Below, one piece after another: positions 13,498 to 25,180 of a DNA stretch of 64,000 bases. The notes under the pieces were generated by a model. It saw only the letters and a program-made list of their open reading frames with translations. It had not been told where the DNA came from and did not search any database. This DNA is from the human T2T-CHM13v2.0 reference genome, Homo sapiens: NCBI RefSeq assembly GCF_009914755.1, contig NC_060930.1; one strand, written 5' to 3'. Within the stretch, counting starts at the first letter, position 1, and every line of letters begins with the position of its first letter. The position numbers were made by a program, and so were the translations under genes.

Positions 13498-13657
13498 GGC
13501 TGGAGATAGTGGCTCACACTTGTAATCACAGAACTTTGGGGAGCTGAGGCAGGAGGATTACTTGAGCCATAGAGTTTGAGACCAGCCTGGACAGGCTATC
13601 TCAGCTCAGCATAGTGAGACCTCATCTCTACAAAAAAATAAATAAGTAAAAATAAAA
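13498..13657 (+). mobile_element. Alu left monomer (FLAM_C-like)
   Basis: Single monomer plus A-rich tail; near-TSD AAGATGTGTAATGA (13484-13497) / AAGGTGTGTAATCA (13658-13671). Confidence 0.85.
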
Positions 13658-15399
13658 AAGGTGTGTAATCATAGGAGGACAAAGGCAAAATGTGTTGGTC
13701 AGGTAACTCAGAAAAAAGAAGGCAAGACTTTGTGTTGTTGGTGCTTAAGAATAGAAAGGGAGTAAAAAGTTGATCTTTCATTTTGTGGTATATTTTATCT
13801 TGCACCAAATGACATGTACTATTTTGGGATACTTGTCATTCTTTTCATGTAAAGCTGTGTGAATTCTTTTTATCTATTCTTTCTGAGGTAAAGCAGGCAA
13901 AATACTTCCAAAACATGCCAAGTTGAAAAAGAGATTTCAGGACATTTGATCTTTGCATTAAGAACAATAAACTACTTTCTGCTGCTGGCTGTTTCTATGA
14001 GTTCCAATTGGAACCCTTTAATTTGTTAGTGAAACTGTCAAAATTTAAACATGGATATTTGTAATTCTATCAGGGCATAGTTAGTTAATAGGTAGGTTCA
14101 GGAAAAAGGATTAAGTTTTTCCCTGCTTATCCTTCTCCCTATCAATCATTTTCAATTTCCTTGGTCTTCTCTACTTTAGTGTATTGGGTAAATGAAGAAC
14201 CAAGATCTCAGTTTGTGATGTTTATTGGGGATCTCAGAAAATGATGGTTTTTTTGTTAAAGCTTTTAAGAGAGAAGTGCCATTTTCCTTTTATTGGTTGG
14301 ACTACAAAACTGAGATGTGTGTTCATACTCAACGCCAAACTTTTTGTTTACAAAGGGCACCTAGTTCTTTAGTATCTTTTGCTGTTTGGAAGCTCTAAGC
14401 TACCAGCTCTCTAGTGCATATTACTGATGACATTTTTCTTGTGGGCATTGATTTAAATCCTGTATTTCAAAAAGAATCCAACTGATCCATATTTCAGATG
14501 CTTCCTTTTGACTAAAGCTTGATCTGCAACTCTTGGGGACTGTTCCTGAGGTGACAGTCAACCACTGTTTGTATTCAATCTTCTCTTTCCTCAGAGCAGG
14601 CTCAGAAGACTAGGAGCTTGTTTTGCAAATCCATGGCACCAACCATTTACTATCTATGTCACATTTCTGGGAAACTTTCAAAGTCTTTCACCCTAAGTTC
14701 AAAATTTAAATTGTATCTATTAGAATATTAGTTTTTTGTATATGACCTTTTAATTTTTTTCTGTTTTTGTGAATTGTGAGCAAACCACACAATTAAAATG
14801 TAACTCCAGAACCAGTTAGCAGAAACACTCTCAATTCTTAGTATGTAAGCTTTTTCTTACAACAAAGTTAGTTTAAATGTTTTCAACATAAAGCTGACTC
14901 TGTGTCTTCATTTATAGACTCTTATTTTAGCTTGGACACCACAGTTGGGTATTCTACATAGGATAAATTGGGAACTAAAGATCAGGCTACTTAGAAACTA
15001 TAGAATTATATAATGATATCCAACAATCCTGAGAAAGTCTTTTATGTTTCAAAATTCATTGCTTGGGAATTGTTTTTTAAAGTATAATTGAGGAAGCTTT
15101 GAAAGTACAAATACCAACATATCTGTTTTTGCTCTAGGGGCCTTTTAGAAAATCTCACACCACTTCCTAGTTGGAGCAATTAAACAATAGAGAAGATGGG
15201 TATTCTGGAGCAGAATTTAATGAAACAGAACTCCACCATCTATGGCAAGTTTGACTGCTTGAGTCTCCAGAGGATAATAGTTGGAGGCCACTGAGGCCCA
15301 AATTCATCAGTCCGGCCATTGAAGGACACAAGTGAACAAAGGAGGACGGCAAAGACAGAACTGTGATATTCAAACACTCAATAGCTCACAGTGTCGGGG

Positions 15400-15660
15400 T
15401 TCATTATGACACTTACTAAGCACATGCCATATTTCTGACACTGTGCTAAGAGTTTCATGAACATTAACTAAATTAACCCCATAAAAACGCCATTAGAAAG
15501 ATGCAGTTTTGTACCCCCTTACACAGATGAAGAAAATAAAGTATAGAGACTTTAAGAAATTTGCCAGAAGTCTTATAACTGGTGAGTAAACTTTAGCTAC
15601 TTGATCAGACCTCAACCAGGCGATCAGAACCCAGAACCCATACGGCTCAACCAATACTTT
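15400..15660 (-). mobile_element. MIR SINE
   Basis: ACTTACTAAGCAC...ACTGTGCTAAG...TTACACAGATGAAGAAAATAAAGTATAGAG. Confidence 0.7.
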
Positions 15661-15761
15661 AATCTACTTCTCAAAGTCTAAGGTAAGTACGCAGGACCAA
15701 GCCAGAAAGCCAGGATACGAGGCAGAGGGCTAGAAGACCAGGTTTTCCTAAAGCATCAGAG

Positions 15762-15899
15762 TTTTGTTGTTGTTTGTTTGTTTGTTTAAAGACAGAGACT
15801 TGCTCTGTTGCCCAGGCTGAACTTGAACTCCTGGGCTCAACCTCCTGCCTCAAGCATACCAAGTAGCTGGGACTACAGGCACATGTGACTGTGCCTGTC
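15762..15899 (-). mobile_element. Alu monomer (FLAM_A/FRAM-like) with (TTTG)n tail
   Basis: TGTTGCCCAGGCTGAACTTGAACTCCTGGGCTCAA...GTAGCTGGGACTACAGGC. Confidence 0.8.
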
Positions 15900-17602
15900 T
15901 TTTTTTTTTTTTTTCTTCAATTTTAAGAACAGTTACTATGATAACGCCTGAGACTTTCTGCTCGTGTTTTAGACTGAAGTAGTAGATTGGGTTTCCCCCT
16001 GCCTATTTGGAGGTCCTGGTTATATAGGAACCACCTGATGTCGGGAGAACACATACCAATCGTTGGTGTACGGGGCACAATTGTGTCTTTGAAGAAGTTT
16101 GCACTGTCTGGAGCCTCAGCAGTTTTGATTTAAAAGGCCCAGACATGGAGCTCAGAGCTCAGTCCTTATTCTTTCTTCCTCTTAGGTTTGGCTGGAGAGG
16201 GATCTTGCCGAGGCAACTCCAATGATAATACGTTAATTGTCTAACTTCTCGTTAACCCCAGATTCTGGAATATTTAAGTGGTCTATGTTACAAAGTAAGT
16301 TAGCAGCACCATGGTAGTGTGATTCCCTGAAAATCCAAAACCTTGGGAGTACTTTTGCATCACATCTCACTCAGGAATCCAGCAATCCATCCAATATCTT
16401 TAGTAGAGTGTTACTGCAGTGTGAATCTCAAGACACCTATCCTATTTTTGTATCTTTTCCATTATAAAATGGAACCATTGTTCACATGGAGACAAAGTGC
16501 AAGAAACGTAGCAATCAGCTATGTTTTAGGGGAAAGAGGCTGAACTGGTGGTGTAATGGCATGCAGGACATCAGCGTTTGCAAACTGTGCTTGCTAGACA
16601 TTATAGTCTCCCATAGACGTTTAATTTACTTTTGAAGATATTTCAGCAGTATTTTTCTTACTTCCCAACCCTGATTTCATTCCTTGGAAATTTTCCATAT
16701 TTAAATATTCTTTATTGCTACATATAGCTCATGGAATGTTGGGGTTTTTTTTTTCTCTTACTTCTTTAACTACTGACATATTCCAAAGAGTTCAGTTTTT
16801 TCCAATACAGAATTTGATTCTATTGCATTTATAAAGTGCTAATACAGCTGGATTGAAACAGTGACCCATTCTAGCAGATACTACATTGAATAGCAGTGAA
16901 CACTGAGAAATTTTGTACTTGCAGGACAATAAATATGAGCAATTTCCATTCCAGGTTTCTAATATAAGGGTAGCATGAATTGACAATAAAATACATCCAG
17001 GAATAAGTATAAATCCAGAATCTGAGTCTCAAAATAAATTATAAACCAATATAATTTATTTCAGTATTTATTTCCATGGATAAAAAGTTGTATCTCCATG
17101 AAGCTGGACATTTGAACATAGAATTTGGCAACTTCAAGACAGCTAGAAAGAGTAAAATATGACCTATAGAGGAACCATCAGCAAGATTTTTACCCATCTT
17201 TTTTAATTTGGATGTTTTCTTGTTACTTAGAGCAATAATAATATTCTCACTTTTATCTTCAAATATGGTTTCTGTTTTCTATTTTACTTTTTTTATCCAC
17301 ATGCCCTAAAACTAAAAGTATTACAGAAAATGTCACCAAAGCATTAAAATAATGTGAAGACTCATAAAGAGGAAACTTTACAGTTTTTAAAATCAAAAAA
17401 AAAAATTTCCTTGATTTGCTTCTTTCCTTGGCAGGAATTATTGCACACAGAAAAACAATCTGGTTCTCATTTTTTTGTTTGCCTTATCACCACATAAACC
17501 TCCACTTAATAGACTAAATTTATAAATAAATCTTTTAAAAGAGTGCTTTCTTCTGTGATTTTGGATAGGAAAAAAGCAGAGTCATGTGTAAGTGACAGAA
17601 TA

Positions 17603-17936
17603 CAGTATCCCCCCTTTCCTCAGTTTCCAGTTACTTGTGGCCAACTGGGATTCAAAATTGGGTGAGTATAGTACAATAAGATACTTTGAGAGTGAGCAAG
17701 AGAGAGAGAGATCACACTCACAAACTTTTATTACAGTATATTGTTATAATCATTCTATTTTGTTATTAGTTACTGTTGACAATCTTTTACTTTTCCTAAT
17801 TTATAAATTAAACTTCATCATAGGTATGTATGTATAGAAAACAACATAGTGTGTATAGGGTTCAATACTAGCTGCAGGTTCAGGTATCCACTGGGAGTCT
17901 TGGAACATATCCTCTGAGGATAAGGGGGGACTACTG
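17603..17936 (+). mobile_element. MER44A (TcMar-Tigger7 family MITE), near full length
   Basis: CAGTA..CCCCCTT / GGATAAGGGGGGACTACTG TIRs, TA on both flanks, internal TTTATAAATTAAACTTCATCATAGGTATGTATGTATAG. Confidence 0.88.
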
Positions 17937-18317
17937 TAGTATAAGTTTAATGGATGTCAGAAGACAATGGCAGCTTGGCACAAACTCTCAATTCTGCATA
18001 TACTTCATATTTGGGTGATCTCCTGTGAAACCCATGTAATTGGTCAGCGATAGAGGTCCTGAAGGCAGTCCCCCCTTGCTTTCTAATCCTTTCTCCAGCC
18101 TTTACTTTCTCTCTGTTGACTTATTCTTTTCTATGCGTAAGGCAGTTAGTTTTAAGATATAGGTATTATCTATAAAGGTAATAAATCCTGAAAATCAGTT
18201 ATTTATGTCTTGCTTAACTTAGTTGAAAGCCATTTCTTACTTCTCAAGGAACAACAAAGTCACATCAACTCATAAATGGATTCTAAAAATACACACTATA
18301 TACTTGCAGCCAAATTG

Positions 18318-18346
18318 TGTGTGTATGTCTGAGTGTGTGTGTGTGT
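18318..18346. repeat. Interrupted (TG)n
   Basis: Read directly. Confidence 0.75.
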
Positions 18347-21300
18347 AAACCTGGCACCTACCCACATCTATTCAGGAACACTTATAGAACCTTCCTTATT
18401 TGTGTCGACACTCTTCTCTCCTGAGAAGTTATTCCATAGAACCCCCTTTCCTGTGAAATGACTACTTAAATTTCAGTGGTTCCACTATATATCTCTATCT
18501 CATTCAAAACATTGCTTCAAATTCTTGATCTTCACTTGTCTATTCTAGCTTAGCCCACCTGGCTTGGCCACTGCAAGCCCTCCAATGACCCATCACAATG
18601 CACCAATGCACATTTCTTCTGTTTTTCCTTTTTTCTGGACATTGATGTCATTTTAGTTATTTTAAGTTTATTTTACTGAAAGACAAGCAGTATGTTTTCT
18701 GTGTGCTACATGCTAACCAGATGTCCTTGACCAAACAAAAATTCTTGCCAGGAGAAAGGAGAAGAAAATGTGTAGGAATCTTTTCCCAAAATGGACAGTG
18801 TGATTTTCCATACCGGCCACAGTAATACATGGAAATTCTTTCTGATGATCTTGGAGTTCCTGACTAGATATCCTGGTAAAGTCTCCGGCAGTTGTCTTTT
18901 CAGTTAAAGTGGCTTTTGAGATAGGACCAAATTTGGCATTAGAATTGCAGATACACATGAGAACTTGTATGTGTAGCACAAACAATTTCTTGCTGCCTAT
19001 TGCTTGTGGGATGCTTGCCAAGAAAAAACAATTTGCTTTGCTGCAAGAACCCAGTTAGCCATTACTGGAGAATGTTTTTCTAAGATTGCTTATCGGTAAT
19101 TTTAATAGGGCTCAGAGGTTTGTGTGGTTTGCACAAAATGTTAGTTACTTTTTAAAGGCCCAAATTTCTCCCCATTTTCTTCCACAAATCTGAACTCCAT
19201 TCTAATTGTAAAATAATCAGTGAGAACAGCACCTCCCTAAATGAGTAGATAGGAATGGATAATTAAATGCTTATGGTGAAATGGATTTAACTATTATATT
19301 GCTGTTTCAGATAGAAGGACATTCCCAAAGAGGCTCCTTTGGTTTTATACAGGAGTTCAAGTTGTTAGCTACTATTTTGGTTTTGTAATTGTGCACTGTG
19401 GTCATGAGAGGCTTTCTGTGGGGGAGGATATGTCCTCAGTGCCTCTTCATTGATTGATTCATTCATTGAACAAGCATTTGTTGGCAGCAGTTATTCATTT
19501 AACAAGCATTATTGGGCCACATTGAGCCACAGAGAGAGAAATGAGTAAGGCACTATTCTTATCCTCAGTGAAGTCAAGTCCATCTTCAAGGTGACTGATG
19601 GCAAAAGGAAGAAATCTAGAATTCATTATTTTCAACCATTTGTTATCTAAGTGGATTTTAAGACCATGTTGTGAAACTATTATGATTCACCATCAGAGGA
19701 AAAGGGCAATTTATTTTGACCTGTGAAGATGCAGCGGATATGATCTATGTTGAAATGATTTTTTTAAAAAGATATTATTTCTAGATTAAACTTCCTTGAG
19801 TCACAGCCTAACCTTTTAAGACATATTTTCCAATTATGCCTTGCTGACCATATATTGAGTTTTCACAATTTGCACTTCTGTCATTTTAACTAATAATATT
19901 TAATGTTACTACCTGCCATCATATTTCTACTAATTATTCTCTAGCTGCTGCCTGTATTTGCCCCCTGACAGGCAAAGAAGCAAATGTTTGTAATTCCAAG
20001 TTTCTAGAATATTTGAATCTGATCAGTAGCAAAAATATGTTTCTTATTCATAAACATTATGCCTCTCAAACTAATCATAGTACAGGAATATGTACGACTT
20101 TGATTGCCACCTGTCTTTTTCAGAGCTGTTTGTTCTGTTTTTTATTCTTCAGATATTATTTGTTTGCTTATTTTGAGACTCTTTTGCAGAAGAGGAAATG
20201 AAACACTTACTTGTCAGCGCTATTTTTTAAAAAAATCATATAGTAGAACAGTATTAATTTAATGAAAACTTAAAGATTAAGCATAACAACCTTTTAAAAA
20301 GCACTCTCATGTCCTCATTTGAGTTTGTACGGTAGCAGACAGAAACCCTGATAGACATGAGAGGGTTTTTGCCAAAACCCTGATAGACATTAGAACTTGT
20401 CCTGTTTTCCTGTTTGGCATTTTTGTAGATGTGCTAAAGCCAAAGTTTATTTTAGAAGAAAAATTGGACAAATATAATCAAAGTATGAAAAGCAATGAGA
20501 AAAATCAGCACAAATTTGAAATTTTGTATGAATAACTAGAGTTAACTTTTATTAAAAAAATAAGTATTTAAAAATATTTTCTTCAAGTTTAGTTTTTGTT
20601 GCCAAGGCTAAAAAAGGGGGAAATGACCTAAACTTACTACTTTGTGTGTTGAAGAATTTCCCAATTCAAGAGCAGAAAATAATCATGCAAAATTTCTATG
20701 ATCTATAAAACAAGAAGCATCCTGGTTTTTGAAGGGTGTGATGGCAATTCCCTTCTCTTTATAAGAAAGAGATGTAAAGAAACCACTTGTAAAGGGTTTT
20801 TCTTAATAGGATGCATGTGACTTTGTTGAGACAGATGATCTTCTCATCAGTATGTGTTTGGAAACTGTCTATATGGTAGGGCTTTGCATATTTTATTACC
20901 TCCCCTTACTGCTTTGAAGTTATTATAGCATCTCTAAAATGTACAAAGAACTCATTTGAAGCTCATATACTTAAAAATCTACATATGTAATCTGAGTATG
21001 TAGTTATGAAGTCTTTATTATAGGAAAAGACATATTAGCTTTGTTATCATTGATTTTTCCTCTTCTATTTAAAAAATTTATGCTAAGTTCACAAAGCTGC
21101 TAAATGGTTAAAAAAATTGGCAGAACTTATTTGCAAGGAATTACACATAAATGAGAAGTTAATCTTTTGGAAAATTTTCTCAGGATTTCAATATAAAGAG
21201 CCAGTTTATGAGAATAATATAATACATTTCTGTTCACAAACACTGTTAAATGCAGGCTCTTATTGACTCACAACAATCCTGTGATGCTGCTACTGTCATC

Positions 21301-21744
21301 ATCTTTGTTTAAAAATGAGGCAACAGAGACTCAGATACACAGTACTTAGGCTTCTGTTCTTTATCCTGTGTTGCGTAATCTCCACACTATACCATACTTT
21401 TTCCCTTTGCCTTGTTTGGCCATTTCCAAGACAGCCACGGATCTGCACATTTTCAAGGTAGAATGCCAATATCAGCTTCTTGATTTTACATAGTGTGATT
21501 TATTTTATTCAGACGTTTATTTGAAAGAAGTTGATTGGGATAAGTTATAGCCACTTTAGACACCGTTTATAACAATGTCTGGCACACAGTAGGGACTCAG
21601 ATATTTATGGAATGAATGAGTAAACTATATAAGATATATGGGGACCCTTTTAAAGGGAGGATTCCATTTTTGACTGCACACAGAGGAAAAAGTCATTTGG
21701 AGGGCAGAGGAAACAATAATGGAAGTTTGAGTCATATGGCGCCT

Positions 21745-21870
21745 TGTTACCTGAAGTGTGATCTGTGGATCAGTAGGATCAGCATCACCTGGGAAATTGT
21801 TAGTTACGTGAATGATGGGCCCCATCCCAGACCTACTATATTAGACTGCCATTTCACAAGATGGTGTGGT
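21745..21870. mobile_element. MER5A fragment
   Basis: ATCAGCATCACCTGGGAAATTGTTAG...GGGCCCCATCCCAGACCTACT. Confidence 0.75.
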
Positions 21871-21922
21871 ATGATGTTTACCATTTTACCAGGTCACATA
21901 GTATCGGGATCACTGTACAGGG

Positions 21923-22103
21923 CAGTGGTTCTTAAACCTGAACACACATTAGAATTACTTGGGGAAGTAAAAATAAAATAAAATGACCAGTCCTCACTCT
22001 GCATCAATTAAATATAGTCTCTGGATAAAGGCACTAAGTATAATTTTTTTTTCTAAAACTCCACTAATGATTTTAGCATGCAGCCAAAATTGGGAATTAC
22101 TGC
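21923..22103. mobile_element. MER5B/MER5A element
   Basis: CAGTGGTTCTTAAAC...ATTAGAATTACTTGGGGA...TGCAGCCAAAATTGGGAATTACTG. Confidence 0.7.
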
Positions 22104-22463
22104 TGTAATGTAAAGTCCTCAGTGGGTATCAGAACACCTCAGGCTGTTGCCGATAAGGCACTGGATTTAGTATAAGACGTTCCATCACAGTGGAACCCAG
22201 TTATCTGGTTTAGAATAAGATGAGGAGTCATTTGAAGTTCTCTAATGCCTATTACATTCCTGACACTGGGCAATTCAAAGAACATGGCCCTCTACCTATA
22301 GTCTTTCTAACTATGTTTATGGCTCTTCATCTATGTGGCTTCATAGTTGGTGCTTGTACTAAATGATTGTCAACCATTCAAAAAACTCCCTCCATACTGT
22401 GAAAAACTGTCTGGGTCCATGTTTTTCACTATACATCCATGCCTCTTTCAATTCTGACAGTGA

Positions 22464-22778
<315 letters not shown>

Positions 22779-23014
22779 AGCCAATCGTTTTTTAAGATAA
22801 ATTTTGGCTCCAGGAGGAAGAGCCTGAGTGTCTTCCCTGCAAAGGCTTTGACTCAACACCAGCTCAGATTCTGCTGCTGGAGACAGAATCTCACCTAGAG
22901 GTATGTCCTTGTTTTAGTGGATTGCCTTGGGTTTTTCCTCCTGACCTTTTGTCTGGAGTATAGCCTTATACAGAACAACAGTGGCAGATAAGAAAAATGG
23001 GAGTTTGAGGTTCC

Positions 23015-23072
23015 CATTAAGGACAATGGAAAGGTTCATTAATGGCAATGGAAAGGTTCATTAAGGGCAATG
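23015..23072. repeat. 22-bp minisatellite, about 2.6 copies
   Basis: CATTAAGGACAATGGAAAGGTT / CATTAATGGCAATGGAAAGGTT / CATTAAGGGCAATG. Confidence 0.85.
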
Positions 23073-23360
23073 TGAAGAGAATTGCCTTGTTTTGGAGGCA
23101 GTGGGAGCCACTGAAATTTTTGCAATGAACCTATTGTCTGAGACACTGAAATGTTTTTTGAATGAATGAATGCATAAGAGATGATTTAGAGAGAGAGAGA
23201 TACCTGGATTGGTTGGTTAAAGAAGAAGACGGCTATTAGCTTATTTCCTAAAAGGGAATCATTAATTAGATATGAAGGTGGAAAAGGACATAGAAAAGAA
23301 GGAATGATGGCAGACAAAGTGGCACCTAATTGAACTCAGTAGATATATTTTACATTAAAG

Positions 23361-23555
23361 TAGTGCTTCCCAAGCTTTAACATATGTAAGAATTATCAAC
23401 AGAACTTGCAAACAGACTGATTCCTTGGCCCCTACCCCCAGAGATTCTGATTTAGAGGTCTGAGGCAAGCCCCAAGCATTTGTATTTTACTAAGCCAGCT
23501 CCCAAGATGATGCCGATGCTGCTGGTCTGAGGACCACACCTGTAATAACGTTGTA
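23361..23555. mobile_element. MER5A
   Basis: CCCCTACCCCCAGAGATTCTGATT...GATGATGCCGATGCTGCTGGTCTGAGGACCACAC. Confidence 0.8.
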
Positions 23556-23669
23556 TTTGGGCTTGGAAAGCTAGAATATTTTGTTTTCGATTTTGGTTCT
23601 TCCACTTACTGCCTGTGATATCTTAAGCAAATCTATTACCTTTTCCAAGTAATAGATTAATACTTAAAA

Positions 23670-23820
23670 CACCATAATGTATCATTTGCTCAGGGATCTT
23701 GTTAAATTGCAGATTCTGATTCAGTTGGTCTGGGATGGAGGCTGAGCTTCTGTATTTCTGAAAGTCTCGCAGGTGACAGCCATGCTACTGGTTCATGAAC
23801 TGGACTACTATTAGCAAGTA
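23670..23820. mobile_element. MER5A/MER5A1
   Basis: CTTGTTAAATTGCAGATTCTGATTCAGTTGGTCTGGGATGGAGGCTGAG...TCTGTATTTCT. Confidence 0.75.
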
Positions 23821-23959
23821 CCTAGGCATTATTTCCCCATACTTCACATATTTATTACAATTAAATAAAAATATATAGATAGAAACAGTTTGAAAATTGT
23901 GGAGCAAAATGTAAATGTAAGGTGATAGTAGTGAATTGATGAAGACAGGAAATGGAAAA

Positions 23960-24290
23960 AGATGACTGAATTTTAAGCTGACTAGGGGAATTTTGGCACA
24001 TACATAGAAATAAAGAAGTCAGGAAGGACATCTGGTTTAACAGAATGTGGATTTTGGGGGGAAAGTAGCAGGCAGTTGAAAACGTAAGACAGGAATAAGC
24101 TTGAGAAATAATTTAATCTTGAAATAAGAATTTTGGAGTTGTACACATATGATTGAAAGATATTTCTGTATATATGGGTATATAGAAAAAAAGAGAATAA
24201 GTAGAGAATCTGGGAAGAGATACCAGTTGGAAGATGTGAGAAGGAAGAGGTACTATTGGAAGATAGAGCATAGTTTAGCACCTTGTCATA
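23960..24290 (-). mobile_element. L2 fragment
   Basis: Purine-rich reverse L2 text (GTAGCAGGCAGTTGAAAA...ATAAGAATTTTGGAGT). Confidence 0.55.
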
Positions 24291-24855
24291 GAGACATTAC
24301 TTGTCTAACCCCAGGCTGTATCAACAGATTGTATATCCTCCTGATTGAGGATAACAGTCTATTGCATTTCCTAGGCATTCCCCCACTTAGAAATTATTGA
24401 AGCATCCCATTTGTGTATGATTTTTGTGGGCAGCGATTCCAAGAATGGTGGAAGATACGTTTCTAAGACTTACGAGTTCCTTGGACCAGGTCATAAGCAT
24501 TTAGAAAATAGAGTAATTGAGGGAGATCATGAATTGTATAGAAGTGAGGGATTCTGCAATTGAATATCCTTGCCTCATCAATCAATTCAGATACTTGGAC
24601 ATCTATGAAGCTCAAGACAAAATGTAGTTCAATACCTTACTAGGAGGAGCATTTTCACAGAGATAAATTATCCACTAGGGAGAATAATAAGTAGAATTAC
24701 ATGCCTATTAATAGTTGCATAATTTTAAAAGAAAAGAGCATGATTTGTTTAAGACACTAGTGTGTTTGACTCTGTCATGGTGATGTTTTGGTCATTTTCT
24801 TAAGGATGCTTCCAAATAATGGCCTCAGATACTGAAAAAGGTTAATAAGAATTCT

Positions 24856-25180
24856 GGCTGGATGTGGTGGCTCACACATGTAATCCCAACACTTTGGGAG
24901 GCTGAGGTAGGAGGCTCTCTTGAGGCCAGAAATTCAAGACACACCAGGGCAACAGAGTGAGACCCCATCTCTACGAAAAAATAAAAACAAAAACAAAACA
25001 ACAACAATAACAAAAACAATAAAATCAACTGGGTGTGGTCCTGCATGCCTGTAGTCCCAGCTGCTGAGGTGGGAGGACAGATTGAGCCTAGGAGCACGAG
25101 GCTGCAGAGAGCTGTGATTGTACTACTGCACTCCAGCCTGGGTGACAAAGCAAGACACTGTCTGAAAAAAGAAAAAAAAA
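24856..25180 (+). mobile_element. AluJ, full length, expanded A/C-rich linker
   Basis: J-type GGAGGA..TTGAGCCTAGGAG, GAGGCTGCAG, GTGAGACCCCATCTC. Confidence 0.9.

Noticed and set aside
18713-19021. 102-aa minus-strand ORF
   Set aside because: Non-ATG start, no homology recognised, no convincing splice sites.
23015-23072. Repeat that might suggest a CRISPR-like array
   Set aside because: Head-to-tail copies with no spacers, in primate DNA; an ordinary minisatellite.
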